Shown: positions 1 through 14,172, counted from the first letter of the whole stretch. The stretch is 63,901 nt of DNA, filler included, from Octopus bimaculoides (GCF_001194135.2; 8 parts of 8 records of this genome joined end to end with filler, not necessarily neighbours in it); one strand, 5' to 3'. Notes: a model not told the origin generated them from the letters alone. Numbers and translations: made by a program.

Positions 1-41
<41 letters not shown>

Positions 42-559
42 GTATGTATATATAGAAACACACGCAGATATAGTGAGAGGAGAAAGAAATGAAGTGTGAG
101 GTTATGTGTACGTACGTGCGTGAGTGTCTCTGCGCTTGCGCGGCGTTCGTGTGTTTGTGTAGGTGGTTGTGATTGAGAATAAGAGTGTCATAACGTACTA
201 CGAAACCACTTAAAATATTTATTTCATACTAAAAGCAAGAAGATGTTTGCAGACCACTTGCTGATTTCATTTACGCCATTGGGCAGGAGCCACTTGACAA
301 ATGAATGTACTTTGGCAGTCGACCGGATGCTGATTCTAATATAAATAAGAAGTATCCATTTCATCACGCATGTGCTATAGGTGGGTAATTTCAGGAAACT
401 GTCAACCGAGCAATGATTGATCTATGAAATGTCCTTGAACTTTGCTAATTTCTGATAATATATTTGCAGTATTTGATTCCGCTGTGTGGAGATAGCAATG
501 AAATTCATTCCATGTATTGTTGGTTTCATTTAATTTTTTGATGTAATAATCATGCCTGT

Positions 560-640
560 GTGGTAAAGACATTCCCTTCGCGACTATGCGGTTTCGGGTT
601 CAGTCCCACTGCATAGCACCTTCGGCGAGTGTCGTATGTT
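560..640 (+). mobile_element. SINE family C head fragment (a decayed minus copy also lies at ~1200-1370)
   Basis: gtgtggtaaagac...gggttcagtcccactgcatagcaccttcggcgagtgtc. Confidence 0.6.
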
Positions 641-2529
641 TGTATGTATGTATGTACGTATGTATGCGTGTGCGCACACGTGTGTGTGTGCATTTATATT
701 GGTTTGTTTACGCTTCCCTAACATTGCCGTTTAGCAAATGAAGGGGATAGAATAAATTCCAAATTAAAATAAATACTAGTGTCGATTTGTTTTACTAACT
801 GTACAAGGCCATGATCAAGCATAATCGCAGTCTAATGACTGAATAACTATATCAACCGCTCCCAACTTTTTTTCATAAATAAGACCCCTTTTAGTTAAAG
901 AATTCTCCACGTTCAGTAGATTTTTGAAAGTTTAGTTCATTCATTACATCTATTATGCAATCTAACAACAATCTTATTTTTGCAGTTTCAAATACCTATT
1001 GAAAAATAACTGTAGACAGAAATAGAAATAGACTGATCTCTGTCAATTTTGACGATGCTGATTCAGTTCTTTGATCCTCTGAATTACGTGTTCATTGAAT
1101 TAGTTTGTAAGTGGCAAAGCATTTTACAGTCATGTAAGCCATTTCACAATTCTGATGCATGTTCAATGCGAAATAGTGTGTGACAAGAGTGTGTCTTTAA
1201 ATTACAAGTACAATCAGTCCGTCGGGTTTCTATCAGCTTTCATTGATCCAATTTCACCCATATAGGTTTGACCCGAGACCGTAAAAGATCAATAGCACTT
1301 ATTCAAGACTCCACGCAAAGGGATAGAATCCGAGACCGCGTTGTTCTGAAGGCAACTTCTAATCGATTCAGCCTGTAGTAAAGTCTATCAGCACTATCGT
1401 TCTTTTACAGGTTTGAAATCTTGTTCTAAGCAGTCGCTCGACCAGCTAAAAGTTATAGGTAGGTATCTCCAAATCACCCCCGGAAATCTTAAAAGATAAA
1501 TGTTGCAACTGGATAAATTTATCGAGATAGAGAAGACTGGAACGTCTGTGATAATAATTCTGTTGAATCGGTAAGTATCTCGGGCAGAAGACAGCAGCAT
1601 CAAGCAAAATGTTCCTGGCATGTACCGGAAGACTTTATCTAACGCTAAGTCCCCACAATATGTATGAGTGCAGGTACCCATCGTTGGGGAGCTAATACGG
1701 CTTGAAAATAATTATAATGTATTTCTGCTAATAACTTTAGGTGTCTATGTAGTCGCAAGCAGAGACACACACTCCGTCATCCTTTTCAACATTGACTCGA
1801 TGGTCCTTGCAGGTTGAGACAGCTAGACGGAGAGAAGGCTGAACCAGTAACCGTACGATGTTCATTGACTGCTGAAGTAACTGAAATGAAGTTACTTGCT
1901 GAAGGAAATAAGGTTATTCGCAGTCCGATCTCGGAAATGAACTCACAATCTGATGATCAGGAGTTGAACATTATACACTAGTTGATGCGCCTTTATGCAA
2001 TATCTGTAAATTATAGAAAACAGCAAGATCTCCGGGAATTACATTCTAGAAAACATAATTTAGATAATTTATATTTGAAAATAAAGCGGTGTAGTCATGA
2101 CTATAGCGTCTTTGATTTGTTTGATTTAGTAGTTTGGAGTTAAATAACTGAACTACTTCAGAGAAATCAGCAAAGATTCACTTGCTTGAAAGCGTAAATT
2201 ATTCACACATACGATAAATATAATACGTATTGTATATCGTGAAAATATGAAAATGTCAAATCATAGGTTGAAAGTCAGTCAATACAAAATGCCTAAACCT
2301 TTGAGACAAACGAAGCTGGTGACGACGTATTGGTTTATCAATATTGTTTTTTTGCCAGCTATTATTTATGCTGGAAGAGATTTACTCGAGAGAAACGTAT
2401 GGTAATAATGCCAGTTGAATCTTCTATTCATACTGTATTTAATACACATATTGAAATTAATTTATGCATACAGTTAACATTTAGAACGCAAGTACACACA
2501 AAAATACGTACATACATATATACACATAA

Positions 2530-2598
<69 letters not shown>

Positions 2599-2905
2599 NN
2601 NNNNNNNNNNNNNNNNNNNNNNNNNNNNNNNNNNNNNNNNNNNNNNNNNNNNNNNNNNNNNNNNNNNNNNNNNNNNNNNNNNNNNNNNNNNNNNNNNNNN
2701 NNNNNNNNNNNNNNNNNNNNNNNNNNNNNNNNNNNNNNNNNNNNNNNNNNNNNNNNNNNNNNNNNNNNNNNNNNNNNNNNNNNNNNNNNNNNNNNNNNNN
2801 NNNNNNNNNNNNNNNNNNNNNNNNNNNNNNNNNNNNNNNNNNNNNNNNNNNNNNNNNNNNNNNNNNNNNNNNNNNNNNNNNNNNNNNNNNNNNNNNNNNN
2901 NNNNN

Positions 2906-2941
<36 letters not shown>

Positions 2942-3869
2942 TACACACACATACTTCATTTACATTTAATGGAATAAAGTGATCCGGCGGTGATGCTTCA
3001 GCAGTTTGAGGGAGTATGGAGTTATTTTTAGTGATTTCTACTTTCAAATCCGCTCTGGCCCGGTTTGGAAGATCTTTCAAAACATCAAACCTCATTATAG
3101 CCACTTACTTCATACTACTTCAAAATAATCCTGACAAGTTTTATGACTATACCCACTATGATTCTGTCAACTCCCTCATGCCCTTTCCTAACAGACACTA
3201 TTCCCTAGTATTAGATTTGATAAAAAAACGATTTGATAAACAAAACCAATAAATTAAAACTGAACCAAAATCAGTGACAAACTGTGACCCAAACAAATTT
3301 TTTCTTGATATCTTAGAAACTTCTAAGCTGAAGTGACAACAGCATGGACTTTGTCTGCCTTCTTACCCTATTAGAGGATTTAAGTAAAATTATACAAATG
3401 TATACGACTGATTAAAAAAATTCCATTTATTTATTTATGCAGCTGAGGATAACCCTGCATTTAAACTGATGTAATGTTTGCATTGTTCAATTGAATGGAG
3501 CCGCTTGAAACGGTCGTACTGCATCACCTCTGGACATCCTGTTGCTTATTTTGATTTTATTCACCTTATTTTGAAGTTGTACGGATAATACCGCTCTAGT
3601 TTTGGGTGCTTCAACTTAGGTACCTAATTCCTCTGAATCTTAATAATAGTCACTGTATATATGTACACTCTAACGTATATATTCAAAGACTTAAGGAATG
3701 CCCTTTACTCAAACAGACGTAACTTATCAATGGCAGTTACCAGCTTCAATTCTGCAAATTGTTCTTAAATAACTCTCAAAGTAAAATTCGCAAGCACATG
3801 CATATGCAAATACACATACATACATATGTAATATTAATAAATTCACTTTGATGAACAGTGGCCCGTTGC

Positions 3870-4088
3870 AACGTATAATTCATAACATGACACTAAGTCC
3901 GATGGACTATTGGCCTCAAATTTTGCCACTAGGCAAGCAAGTTCGGAGGTTGAGTAAAGTCAATAACATTGACCCCAGTGCTCGACTGGTACTTATTCTG
4001 TCGGCTCGAAAGGATGAAAAGCAAAGTTGAGCGACGAACTACCGCGTAGCAGTTTGCACAGCGTCCTAACGGTTCTGTCAGCTCGCCG
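3870..4088 (-). mobile_element. Decayed SINE family A
   Basis: ccccagtgctcgactggtacttattctgtcggctcgaaaggatgaaaagcaaagtt...ttctgtcagctcgcc. Confidence 0.7.
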
Positions 4089-4549
4089 CTTTGGGCTTGA
4101 TAGAATATTTCTAGCTGATTACACAGTTCTTTTTATAGCCTATCCATTACAAATATATAAACTAAAACACTTATGATGAAACATGGAAGTCTCTCATATA
4201 TATATATANNNNNNNNNNNNNNNNNNNNNNNNNNNNNNNNNNNNNNNNNNNNNNNNNNNNNNNNNNNNNNNNNNNNNNNNNNNNNNNNNNNNNNNNNNNN
4301 NNNNNNNNNNNNNNNNNNNNNNNNNNNNNNNNNNNNNNNNNNNNNNNNNNNNNNNNNNNNNNNNNNNNNNNNNNNNNNNNNNNNNNNNNNTATACACTTA
4401 CATATATACATACATATATACATATATGTATATGTGTACACACACACATAGTCTTTTATATATAGATATATTATATATTACATATGGCATATATATATAT
4501 GTATTTGCGTGTGTGTATGCATACGTGTGTGTATATATATATATATATA

Positions 4550-4591
<42 letters not shown>

Positions 4592-5199
4592 GTGTGTGTG
4601 TTCTTCTTTGCGGGTATGCATATGCATATGAATATTGGGACGTAGAAATACAATTGAAACAGATGTCAAGATATCACAGCTAATCTGCTTCCTGATTGCT
4701 GAAGTTGTCGTCAGCAGTCAGGAAATTTGAAGTTCCAAGTAAACGAGAAACAGACAGCAGTGATGATTGCTGTCTTCAATAGCATAAGAAATAATCCTAT
4801 CCAAGAGATACGACTAGGGTGATGTGATATCAAATTTGTCACCGATGCTACCAGCCTGGCAGCGATTCATGCATTAACAAATTCCAATCACAATTGCTCC
4901 ACAGTATCTTTTCTCTGAACTAGCAAACTGTATAACCTGTCCGCCTTGGGCCAATTCACGCGTACATCTGGCAACATTTGTCACTCTTACTCAGTCATAT
5001 TTCACAAATCACTAACGGATAATTTCGGCTTTTCTTTTTCCCTCTCAAATTCCCTTCTCACCCATGCATACTTGAAAATATTAATCAAAAGACATTTAAA
5101 GCAAACAACGATTGTGTTTACTCTTACCATTCTACAAGAGTCTCCATTGTATTAGCAATTGTTTCTCCTTCAATGAATCATTTAACGAATAAACCTTGC

Positions 5200-5520
5200 T
5201 CAAAATTACCACATTCATCTACATATTGGAGAGTGCTGATACCAAATTCCTGTGTAGGTCCAATGTAGATAATCTAAACTCGCTCTGATTGGTTTCTGCG
5301 TTTGTTGACCAACAACAAATAGCATGTGCAACACTCTGTCCTATGTATAGCAATTTATCCTATGTTTGACAGTGTATACCATGTACAACAGCCGATTCCA
5401 TGTACAAAAATCTATATCATGTATCACGACCCATCCTATAATGTAACAACCTACTCTACACCCCAAACTATTGCATGTGTAATAGCCTATTGCATAAAGT
5501 CTATCACATATGAAACTCAG
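5200..5520 (-). mobile_element. Decayed Penelope-like element: Cys-rich linker plus GIY-YIG endonuclease relic (Neptune-like layout)
   Basis: Minus-strand translation gives GYYTCNSLGCRVGCYI...CTWNRLLYMVY, then after a frameshift DKLLYIGQS. This resembles the PLE CxxxxCxxC linker followed by VVY...YIG. Stops and frameshifts are present. Confidence 0.5.
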
Positions 5521-5553
5521 CAAGGACAGATCCTGTCCTTGCTGAGTTTCATA
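5509..5553. repeat. Perfect 21-bp inverted repeat with 3-nt spacer
   Basis: tatgaaactcagcaaggacag-atc-ctgtccttgctgagtttcata. Confidence 0.97.
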
Positions 5554-6857
5554 CGCTCCTTTTATGGATCCAATGAAATTTTATACATACAATATTTAAC
5601 TCTCTCTGAAGAGAATGAACACCCCATTAAAAAATATTCTGTTTATTACATAACAGATATCTTAATCGTATTTTTTTCCTATACTCTTGACGTTTAACCG
5701 TAAAGCATATCCTGCTTTGTGACTTACAATCCAGGGAACAGATTTAAATTGATTGATAGATTATTCAGCAGCCAACTAAAACTTGACCGCCTCTTCTGGT
5801 AAATTTACGTTTGTCTAACTCTATATATTATCCTGTTTATGTTTTATGGTTTTGAGCGTTAATTTCCGGTTTCCAATATTACATTTTACAGTGAAGTCCA
5901 CATCATTTATAAAGCTGCATGCGAAAAAAATAAAGACGGCGCCTGTAGGAGTAAAGCTTGAGAACCAGTGAAACACCCCATGCAGAGGATAAGAACAAAA
6001 TATACATCATGCACATTTAATTTCCTGTTATTTTACCTTATTGATAATTAACTTTATCAATTACGTATATTTATCGGTGCTTGTGTAGACATGATTCAAG
6101 CAATCATTATTCTATTTATTTGTTCAGCCTACCATGAATTAGTCTCGTGTTTATTTGTGTCCATACACATTGTCCTTGACAACTGCTTTTCGTATCACTT
6201 CTTAGTTTAACCAATAATAACTTCCGGGATAAAACTTAGAAAATATTTGGAAATAGATTTAATAAGTGGACACTTTACTACCGCACTTTGGAGTGTTCAC
6301 ATATTACTTTAGACTGCTGACATATGCTCTTTATTCACACACATATTACCAGGAATATAGAAAGAAGCATTATGTTCTGATTCGGCAATCAACACTAGTA
6401 GAAAGAAAATTACGTGTCTGATAATGCTAAAACTTCAAGCAGCATAGAAGAAATAGATTAATTAGAAAAAATAGTGTAGAGGGCTGTTTATCATTAATTT
6501 ATTGTAAACCTTTAAATGTCATATAATGAACATCAGACTTGGATGTAAAAAGACGATTGGTATATGTTGATTTTTCGGCATACACCATGGAATAATGTAT
6601 AAATGTATATAACTTCATAAACAAGTATGAAGTGCTTATAGAAATAAACATAAATAAATACAACATAAGACAATATTTTATGTATTCGTAACATTCCAAC
6701 ATATTTTATTGCAGTGTCTAGAGCAAGTTCACTCACTCATTCACTCATTCACTTACTGTCTGTCTATCTATCCAAATTATATGTATATATATATGTGTGT
6801 GTGGGGGGGGGGGAAGTCAAGGTAGAAAATGCTAAAATAATTTTATAAAAAGCATTT

Positions 6858-6893
6858 CAGTACCGGTTTCGGTCATTGAGACTTTTTCAACTG
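6858..6893 (-). ncRNA. Degenerate minimal type I hammerhead ribozyme (PLE pLTR vestige)
   Basis: Minus strand reads cag-TTGAAAA-agtc tcaat gacc-GAAA-ccgg-TA-ctg. Stem I is cag/ctg and stem III is the palindrome ACCGGT. It differs from an ideal CTGAAGA-ggtc start by three transitions. Confidence 0.55.
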
Positions 6894-9049
6894 TGAATAT
6901 GGAAAACAATTAAATTTTGGAAAAATTAAATGTAAAGTTTTTTAAAAGAATATTTCTATAGTATTCAAATACAAGGGGCATTTCCCTTGTTTCTGCCTGT
7001 CTCTGTCACCCTTGTTTACTCATTTAGGTGCGAAGTCATTGAATTCTTGCCAACAGATCTAACAAAAGCATAAAAACACAAAAACAAGCAGGTGTACTGA
7101 TTAATAGCCCGTCTAGTGCCGTGATCGCTGTGGAGTGACATTCGACTTACGAGAAAAGAATTCAGCTGAAATGCATGTTACGTGCGCATGCGTACATACA
7201 TACACTTACACACGTACATAATCACTTCAGATTTTCTATACAGTTTAGGACCAGCACTATAGGAAATCTGTAGAGATAAACTTCAAAATGAAAACAGGGC
7301 ACTGCTAACACAAAATTAAATCATGGAAAAAAGTCATGTATGTGTATGAGTGTATGTATGTACGCATGCGCACGTAACACATGCATTTGAACTGAATTCT
7401 TTTCTCGTAAGTCGAATGTCATTCCACATCGATCATAGTACGAGACTGGCTATTAATCAGTACACCTGCTTGTTTTTCGTTTTTATGTTTTTGTTCGATC
7501 TGTTGGCGTTTTTTTTTATTTTGCCTCTTGAATTACTGAATATTGTTTGGTATTTCTTTCTTCCGTTTTTATTAGAATGCGCTGTTTATTTATTTGGTCG
7601 CCTTGTACCTTCGTACTAATAGATTGGAGGCTTTTCATGGTTGTGCTGTTTTTTTTTTAATGGTTTATTAAACTTTTGCTTAAATACATTTGTTTTTCTG
7701 AAAATTATGACTTCAGGATGTGGGTCATATTTCCTGATTATCAAATTCATTGTTTTCATAAAAATTGTTGCCGTTTTATAGACTGCTTTTCTTGTTTTTC
7801 CAATACTTACGTTGTACAAAAAGGATTTTTATTATGTTATTCTGGTCATGCTTCTTGTTTTCATTTTGTTTTTGCTATGGTCTAGTGATTTTCTTTCTTA
7901 CGGTTCGTTAGCCATATGTCTATGTTATGGAAAAGTGGTTTGAGTGGATAGGAAGGGACATACATGTGATTTAATTATGTTTGTAAAAGTAATTGACTAT
8001 GAATACGTGTGTGACTGTATGTATATCGTTTTGCGAAGTACATTTGCATTAGCAGATTGCGGCCCGATCTCTGTAAATGCTTGATGGTCTGTATGCTGAT
8101 TTTATTGGAATGTCCCTTGTTTTACAACTCAGCTGGTGTAAATGACTCCATCAGTTGTTTACCTATTTGAAGACCAGACCATTCGTTGACGATTTATTTC
8201 TTTTGATGCTTGCAGTATGAGAATCTCAAGTTCAGCAACATATGTTTTGTGTGATTACATCATATTTTGCTGCGATGAATCGAAAATGTAAGGAGGTGCA
8301 TAGCCTGTTGTTTCAAATTTGATTCTCGCCTTTATGCTATTTTTTATTGCTCCTACAATGCCCAACAAGATCATTGCATTTCTCCTGCTAATGTTCGAAC
8401 TGAGTATAGGCCATGCGTTGCACATATCTAGTTTAAAAGTGTTGCATTGGTCAAAATGATATAGCTTATTCTTTTCTCTCTCTCTCTCTCTCTCTCTCTC
8501 ATATTTACGCTTCATGAATCACTGATTGTTTGTAGTTATACACTCATATAATGTTCAAAATTTGGCTTGTTTCTTGCATATTATTCTTGAGGTTATTTTC
8601 TGTGAAAGAAGTTGTTGATTTATGTTATAAAACGCTGCTTCACTAGAGTGTGGGTCGTGTACTGTAAGAATTTATCAGTTGTATATGATTTCTGATTCTG
8701 GTACAACGCCACATTTGTAGCTTCATAAGCTCTCCCAGTCAAGCTGATATAGATTATTTTTCGATCTATTTTATAATAGTATTATTTTTTTCTCTAATAT
8801 CTTTTCGAATTTTCTCTTTTGTGATGCTGGTACAGGGTTACGTTTCATCGTTACATGCATTTATGTTATTGCTTCCAGTAGGTTACAATCACGAAACTTG
8901 AACAAAGAACCAAATAGACCGGCCAGTTTGTTCAGAGGTTCTAGTAATTCTACTATCTATATTCATCTATATTCATTCTACTATCTATATTCATTGTGAC
9001 ATGCATGATTATTGAAGGATAATATGAACACAAGTCTGTTGTTCTCATA

Positions 9050-9400
9050 AGTTTTTACGTTTCGTCATACCCGTTAGAGATAAATTATGAATGTTACATC
9101 CATATCTAGTCCGTCTTCTTCTTATCAGTCTTGTCCTTTTAAACCGTTACGAGTAATTCGATGGATATTTGACTGCTATTTCTATCAGTTCGGGACATCA
9201 TTGTTAAAGGTTTTAGTCGATTTGAAATTTAAAATACTTGACCAGCTATATAGTGAATCGCGACTAAGAAAATGCAAATTTATACACTGCAGGAATTCAC
9301 GTCATACTCCAATAGACACAGCTTAATCTCACGTGGTATTTTATCTGGTATTGAACTATGTTTGCCATTCACTGCACTCAGAGTTTGTTGTGTAGTTAAC
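9050..9400 (-). mobile_element. Highly decayed Penelope-like GIY-YIG endonuclease relic
   Basis: Frameshifted minus-strand fragments KIPRE / VSIGV*REFLQCINLH / ELIEIAVKYPSNY resemble PLE YKIPC..VYIGETxRxLxxRxxEH..EAIEI.K.P.N, in the correct order. Confidence 0.4.
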
Positions 9401-10136
9401 CATAAATTTTGCCGTTCTGTTCCAACACGCGTATGTAGTCATTTTTGACTTTGTTTCAAACTTTCATTCTTTTTAACAGTATTTCATTGTGTTAAAAATG
9501 AACAAGACGAGCATAGCATACGAGAATACCTTGCAAACAACGTGGAAATTTCAACGTACTTATTTCAGAAATGTCACGGAGGCACATATGTAAAAACGAA
9601 TCACATACAGAGTTTCAGTGGTTCAGGACGTAGTCAGTCCGTCTCTTTATTTAGACTTGGTCAACATGAAAGACAATGGTACCTAATATTCCTTACGCAA
9701 AGTCTGTTGTGTTGGATTTGTCGAACTTGATTGCCATATTTAAGGAGCGCAGCTAACTGTAAAGAAGCTGACATATTAGATCGACATATCTCTTGCGGAT
9801 ATTAAGGGAAATAATTGGTAGTTATTGATAATTGATAAATTAATATTGACGTATTCGAGCAGATATAAAGGAATTTATATTAAATTTAAAAAAAGCGTAA
9901 GCTATTATAAACGATTGTAAAAATAAATACCTGTTTCTGAACGTGCTTCAGTGAAAATACACATAATGTACATGGAAGGAATACATGCGAATGCGTTCTC
10001 TTTCAAGATATTAAATTACATATATTCAAATGAATAACGTATGCAGACACAAATATGCACATATATAAGCGCGTATATATATATATATATATNNNNNNNN
10101 NNNNNNNNNNNNNNNNNNNNNNNNNNNNNNNNNNNN

Positions 10137-10148
10137 TTAATTAATTAA
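10137..10148. other. Artificial assembly gap linker TTAATTAATTAA (also 23771, 33601, 35705, 37630, 41165, 62676)
   Basis: The identical 12-mer sits inside N runs, 44 N + 12 + 44 N where counted, and carries stop codons in all six frames. Confidence 0.95.
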
Positions 10149-10193
10149 NNNNNNNNNNNNNNNNNNNNNNNNNNNNNNNNNNNNNNNNNNNNG

Positions 10194-10322
10194 TTTCCGT
10201 CTACCAAATCCACTCGAAAGGCCCCGGACGGCTTGAGACGATAGTAGAAGACACTTGCCCAAGGCTGCTTTCAACCCAGAACCACGTGACTGAACAGCAG
10301 ACTCCTTAAAACGCAGTGGCAC
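10194..10322 (-). mobile_element. SINE family C 5' fragment
   Basis: gtttccgtctaccaaatccactc...gtagaagacacttgcccaagg. Confidence 0.8.
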
Positions 10323-10746
10323 CCATTCTGTGGACCTTCGGTGATTTTAGCTATGTCTCACCTGTTGTAAATATTGAAACCAGAATTTTGGCCTGAAAAT
10401 ATTTTTGTAACTGTGATGTTTTAGCCTGCACTCCTCGTTACAGACAATGGTCGCTCATTCAGCTATGTTTATATTCTATTTTCATTTTTTGTGTGCGTAT
10501 ATATTCACACACACACACACACATACGTGTGTATGTGTGTCTATGTACATATAAATAGATGTATGTATATATATGTATGTATATATGTATATACACACAT
10601 GTGTACGTGTATATATATGTATGTATATGTACATACATATATAGTTATACAACGTACATACATCTATTTACATGCATCTCTATATATATGTATATACATA
10701 CATGTACATATATATGGATATATATAAATATACATATATATATATA

Positions 10747-10780
<34 letters not shown>

Positions 10781-12666
10781 TCATACATATATAAATGCAT
10801 CTAAATATATGTATACATATATACACACAGTAAATATGCACACACACACACACTGAATAAGCGTCTCTCAGATGTTCGATCGACCCCATCCCTTTTCAAA
10901 GCAATTNNNNNNNNNNNNNNNNNNNNNNNNNNNNNNNNNNNNNNNNNNNNNNNNNNNNNNNNNNNNNNNNNNNNNNNNNNNNNNNNNNNNNNNNNNNNNN
11001 NNNNNNNNNNNNNNNNNNNNNNNNNNNNNNNNNNNNNNNNNNNNNNNNNNNNNNNNNNNNNNNNNNNNNNNNNNNNNNNNNNNNNNNNNNNNNNNNNNNN
11101 NNNNNNNNNNNNNNNNNNNNNNNNNNNNNNNNNNNNNNNNNNNNNNNNNNNNNNNNNNNNNNNNNNNNNNNNNNNNNNNNNNNNNNNNNNNNNNNNNNNN
11201 NNNNNNNNNNNNNNNNNNNNNNNNNNNNNNNNNNNNNNNNNNNNNNNNNNNNNNNNNNNNNNNNNNNNNNNNNNNNNNNNNNNNNNNNNNNNNNNNNNNN
11301 NNNNNNNNNNNNNNNNNNNNNNNNNNNNNNNNNNNNNNNNNNNNNNNNNNNNNNNNNNNNNNNNNNNNNNNNNNNNNNNNNNNNNNNNNNNNNNNNNNNN
11401 NNNNNNNNNNNNNNNNNNNNNNNNNNNNNNNNNNNNNNNNNNNNNNNNNNNNNNNNNNNNNNNNNNNNNNNNNNNNNNNNNNNNNNNNNNNNNNNNNNNN
11501 NNNNNNNNNNNNNNNNNNNNNNNNNNNNNNNNNNNNNNNNNNNNNNNNNNNNNNNNNNNNNNNNNNNNNNNNNNNNNNNNNNNNNNNNNNNNNNNNNNNN
11601 NNNNNNNNNNNNNNNNNNNNNNNNNNNNNNNNNNNNNNNNNNNNNNNNNNNNNNNNNNNNNNNNNNNNNNNNNNNNNNNNNNNNNNNNNNNNNNNNNNNN
11701 NNNNNNNNNNNNNNNNNNNNNNNNNNNNNNNNNNNNNNNNNNNNNNNNNNNNNNNNNNNNNNNNNNNNNNNNNNNNNNNNNNNNNNNNNNNNNNNNNNNN
11801 NNNNNNNNNNNNNNNNNNNNNNNNNNNNNNNNNNNNNNNNNNNNNNNNNNNNNNNNNNNNNNNNNNNTTTTTTTTTTTTTTTTTTTTTTGCTAATTTTAT
11901 ATTTTCAATGTTTTTTATGTTGTACTACATGTTGCTCCATCCTACGCTTATTGGATATGTACATCATCACATGATTTATATAACGCTACGGTTGGGTATG
12001 TTTTATAGTTGCTCAAAGAGGTCGGTGTTGGTCTGCGTTGGCAAGACTTAAATAGTAAAATTAATAAAAAATGTACTGTGAATTTGCTGTGAGAGCTGGA
12101 AACTCCAACGTTACCTCAGGGAAAAGTTGAAAGGAGAGAAATTAATGCGACACAGCAGAGTTTTACATCCTCCAAGTTAACAAAAAACAAAAAATAGCAA
12201 CTGATAAAGAATGCAAGACCACGTGAGCTTCATACGTGAACAGTAAGTGGTAAGAGAAACAGTGTGACAAGATAGAAGGACGGAAGAGTGGAACGAGGTG
12301 AAGAAGCAGGTAGTACGAAAGTGTTCAGTTAAGTTCTTATGACCACTAAATAAATCATTAATTCTAGAAATAGTCGTGGCAATTCCACCACACTTAATCA
12401 ATTTACACATCGCGACACAAACGTCAAAAATACTTATAAATCTTATTTAAAACATATGCGAGTGGAACATGAATATATCACCAGAGATTTGAATCTGAGA
12501 GTTGCACATTTCCCAATAGAATTCCTGGAGACAAAATATTGCTGAGGGAAATGATATGTGTCGACTTGAGAAGCATATTTCAGAATTAAACTGTCGGGAA
12601 AAAAATTTACACATCAGAAAATATGTCAAACAATTTATATTTCTTCATAATAGAGCTTCATTCTAA

Positions 12667-12910
12667 GGTGGTGATTTGGCAGGATCTTTAGCACTCTGGA
12701 CAAAATGCTTTGGGGCATTTCACGCATCTTTACGCTTTGAGTTCAAATACCGTCGAGGATGACTTTGCCTTTCCTCTTTTCGGGGCCGAGAAAATAAGTT
12801 CCAGTTGAAAACTAGGATCGATAAAATAAATACCAGTTGAGAACTGGGAATGATGTAATCGATATATCCCCTCCGCCGAAATTTCTGGCCTTGTGTCAAA
12901 AATTGGAACT
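12667..12910 (+). mobile_element. SINE family A with internal duplication
   Basis: Head ggtggtgatttggcaggatc...; the segment gataaaataa.taccagttga occurs twice. Confidence 0.8.
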
Positions 12911-13149
12911 AATATAGTTTCATTCTGTTGAGGAGTTTTATATTAAGTCGATAATGGATCGCAGTTATTAAAAGCTTGGGATCTAGATAACTTATAATAT
13001 TGGTTTCAGCAGAGATATATTGAAATTATTATAATCACATAAAATAGCAAGAATTTTTAGATGGGTGTCTGTCACTAATTTTTCTTGAATCATCGATAGT
13101 GCTTCACCAGTTGGGACTTTGGTGAACAGACTTATCACATCTAGACTCA

Positions 13150-13445
13150 CCATCTGGTTGGATTCAATTGATCAATTCTGTGAAATGGGTGGAATTCTTC
13201 ACGTAAGATGTTGACTTTCCTGCTAATGGACTGATTATATCCACAAGGAAGCGGCTCGGTGGATGACATGCTGAACTTCTACAGCTCCCTATAGGTCTTA
13301 ATGGAATACCATCCTTGTGAATCTTAGGGAGACCGTACATGTGTGGTAGTTTACTGTAGTGTTGCGTTAGTTGTCTGTAATTCATTGGTGCAAAGTGATC
13401 CTTGTTTTCGATCAAGATCTGTGACAACTTCCTCTCTCTTTTCAA
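13150..13445 (-). mobile_element. Penelope-like retroelement reverse transcriptase N-terminal fragment
   Basis: ORF 13164-13445 contains LPHMYGLPKIHKDGIPLRPIGS...FLVDIISPLAGKSTSYVKNSTHF, the hallmark PLE RT YGLPKIHK..PLRPI motif. Confidence 0.9.
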
Positions 13446-13533
13446 TGTATATGAGTATCGAGTTACGTTTGTATGTATGTGCCATTACTTTCTAGAGTTT
13501 CTTGTTCTTCGTACGATTTGTAGTTTTACGATA

Positions 13534-14172
13534 TCATTTTTCATTCCTATATAATATTTTATTCTTTCTCTGCACAGTTTCGACACTTGAATCTTTAACA
13601 TCCAGCTTTTCTACCAACAAATTTGAAATGATTCTAAAGGTACCGTCACCGGCTATGCCAATCTTCAACGCTTTTTCTAGTGTCGGGTTAGTTTCTTTCA
13701 TAGAAACTCGTTGCATATTTTTTTCGTAAATGTGTCCACAATCAATATGCTTCTGTAATGCACAGTTTAACTATTTTGGTTTTAATTCTGCCACAAAATC
13801 TGCAAAACTAATTCCATCCTTTTGAAAGTAACCATAAAAATTATATCTCAATATCACAGTATTTCTTTGCCGCAAAATGTATTCTGTTCTTCCATGATTT
13901 CCAAAACATTTATATTTTGAATCATCTTTTTAACATCATCAAAGTGTTGGCCGATATAAATGTTTTTTAACCGTCGGCTCCATTAATGAAATATTAATTT
14001 TATGTCGTCGCTGGTAGCTTTGTTTAAAACGATGTAAATCTCCATTTTGCTCACGAAACCATTCCAACGATTCTCTCTATGACAAAATGCCAAAACCTTG
14101 CCTTTCTCTTAAATAATTTGCACTTTTTAAATGGACTTGGATCAAAATTTACGACCATAAATTTTCACTCAT
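13534..14172 (-). mobile_element. Ty3/Gypsy LTR retrotransposon gag relic
   Basis: Minus translation with stops gives LRYNFYGYFQKDGISFADFVAELKPK*LNC...CG...MQRVSMKETNPTLEKALKIGIA. It matches the Gypsy gag pattern RxQxxGESxxDFVAEL...C...CG...xLxExxLTLEKALxIA. Confidence 0.75.

Noticed and set aside
1394-1681. 95-aa minus-strand ORF in unique-looking sequence
   Set aside because: No recognisable domain, and it overlaps a decayed SINE at its 3' end.
11990-12620. Purine-rich, coding-looking stretch (possible LINE relic)
   Set aside because: No motif could be read with confidence in any frame.
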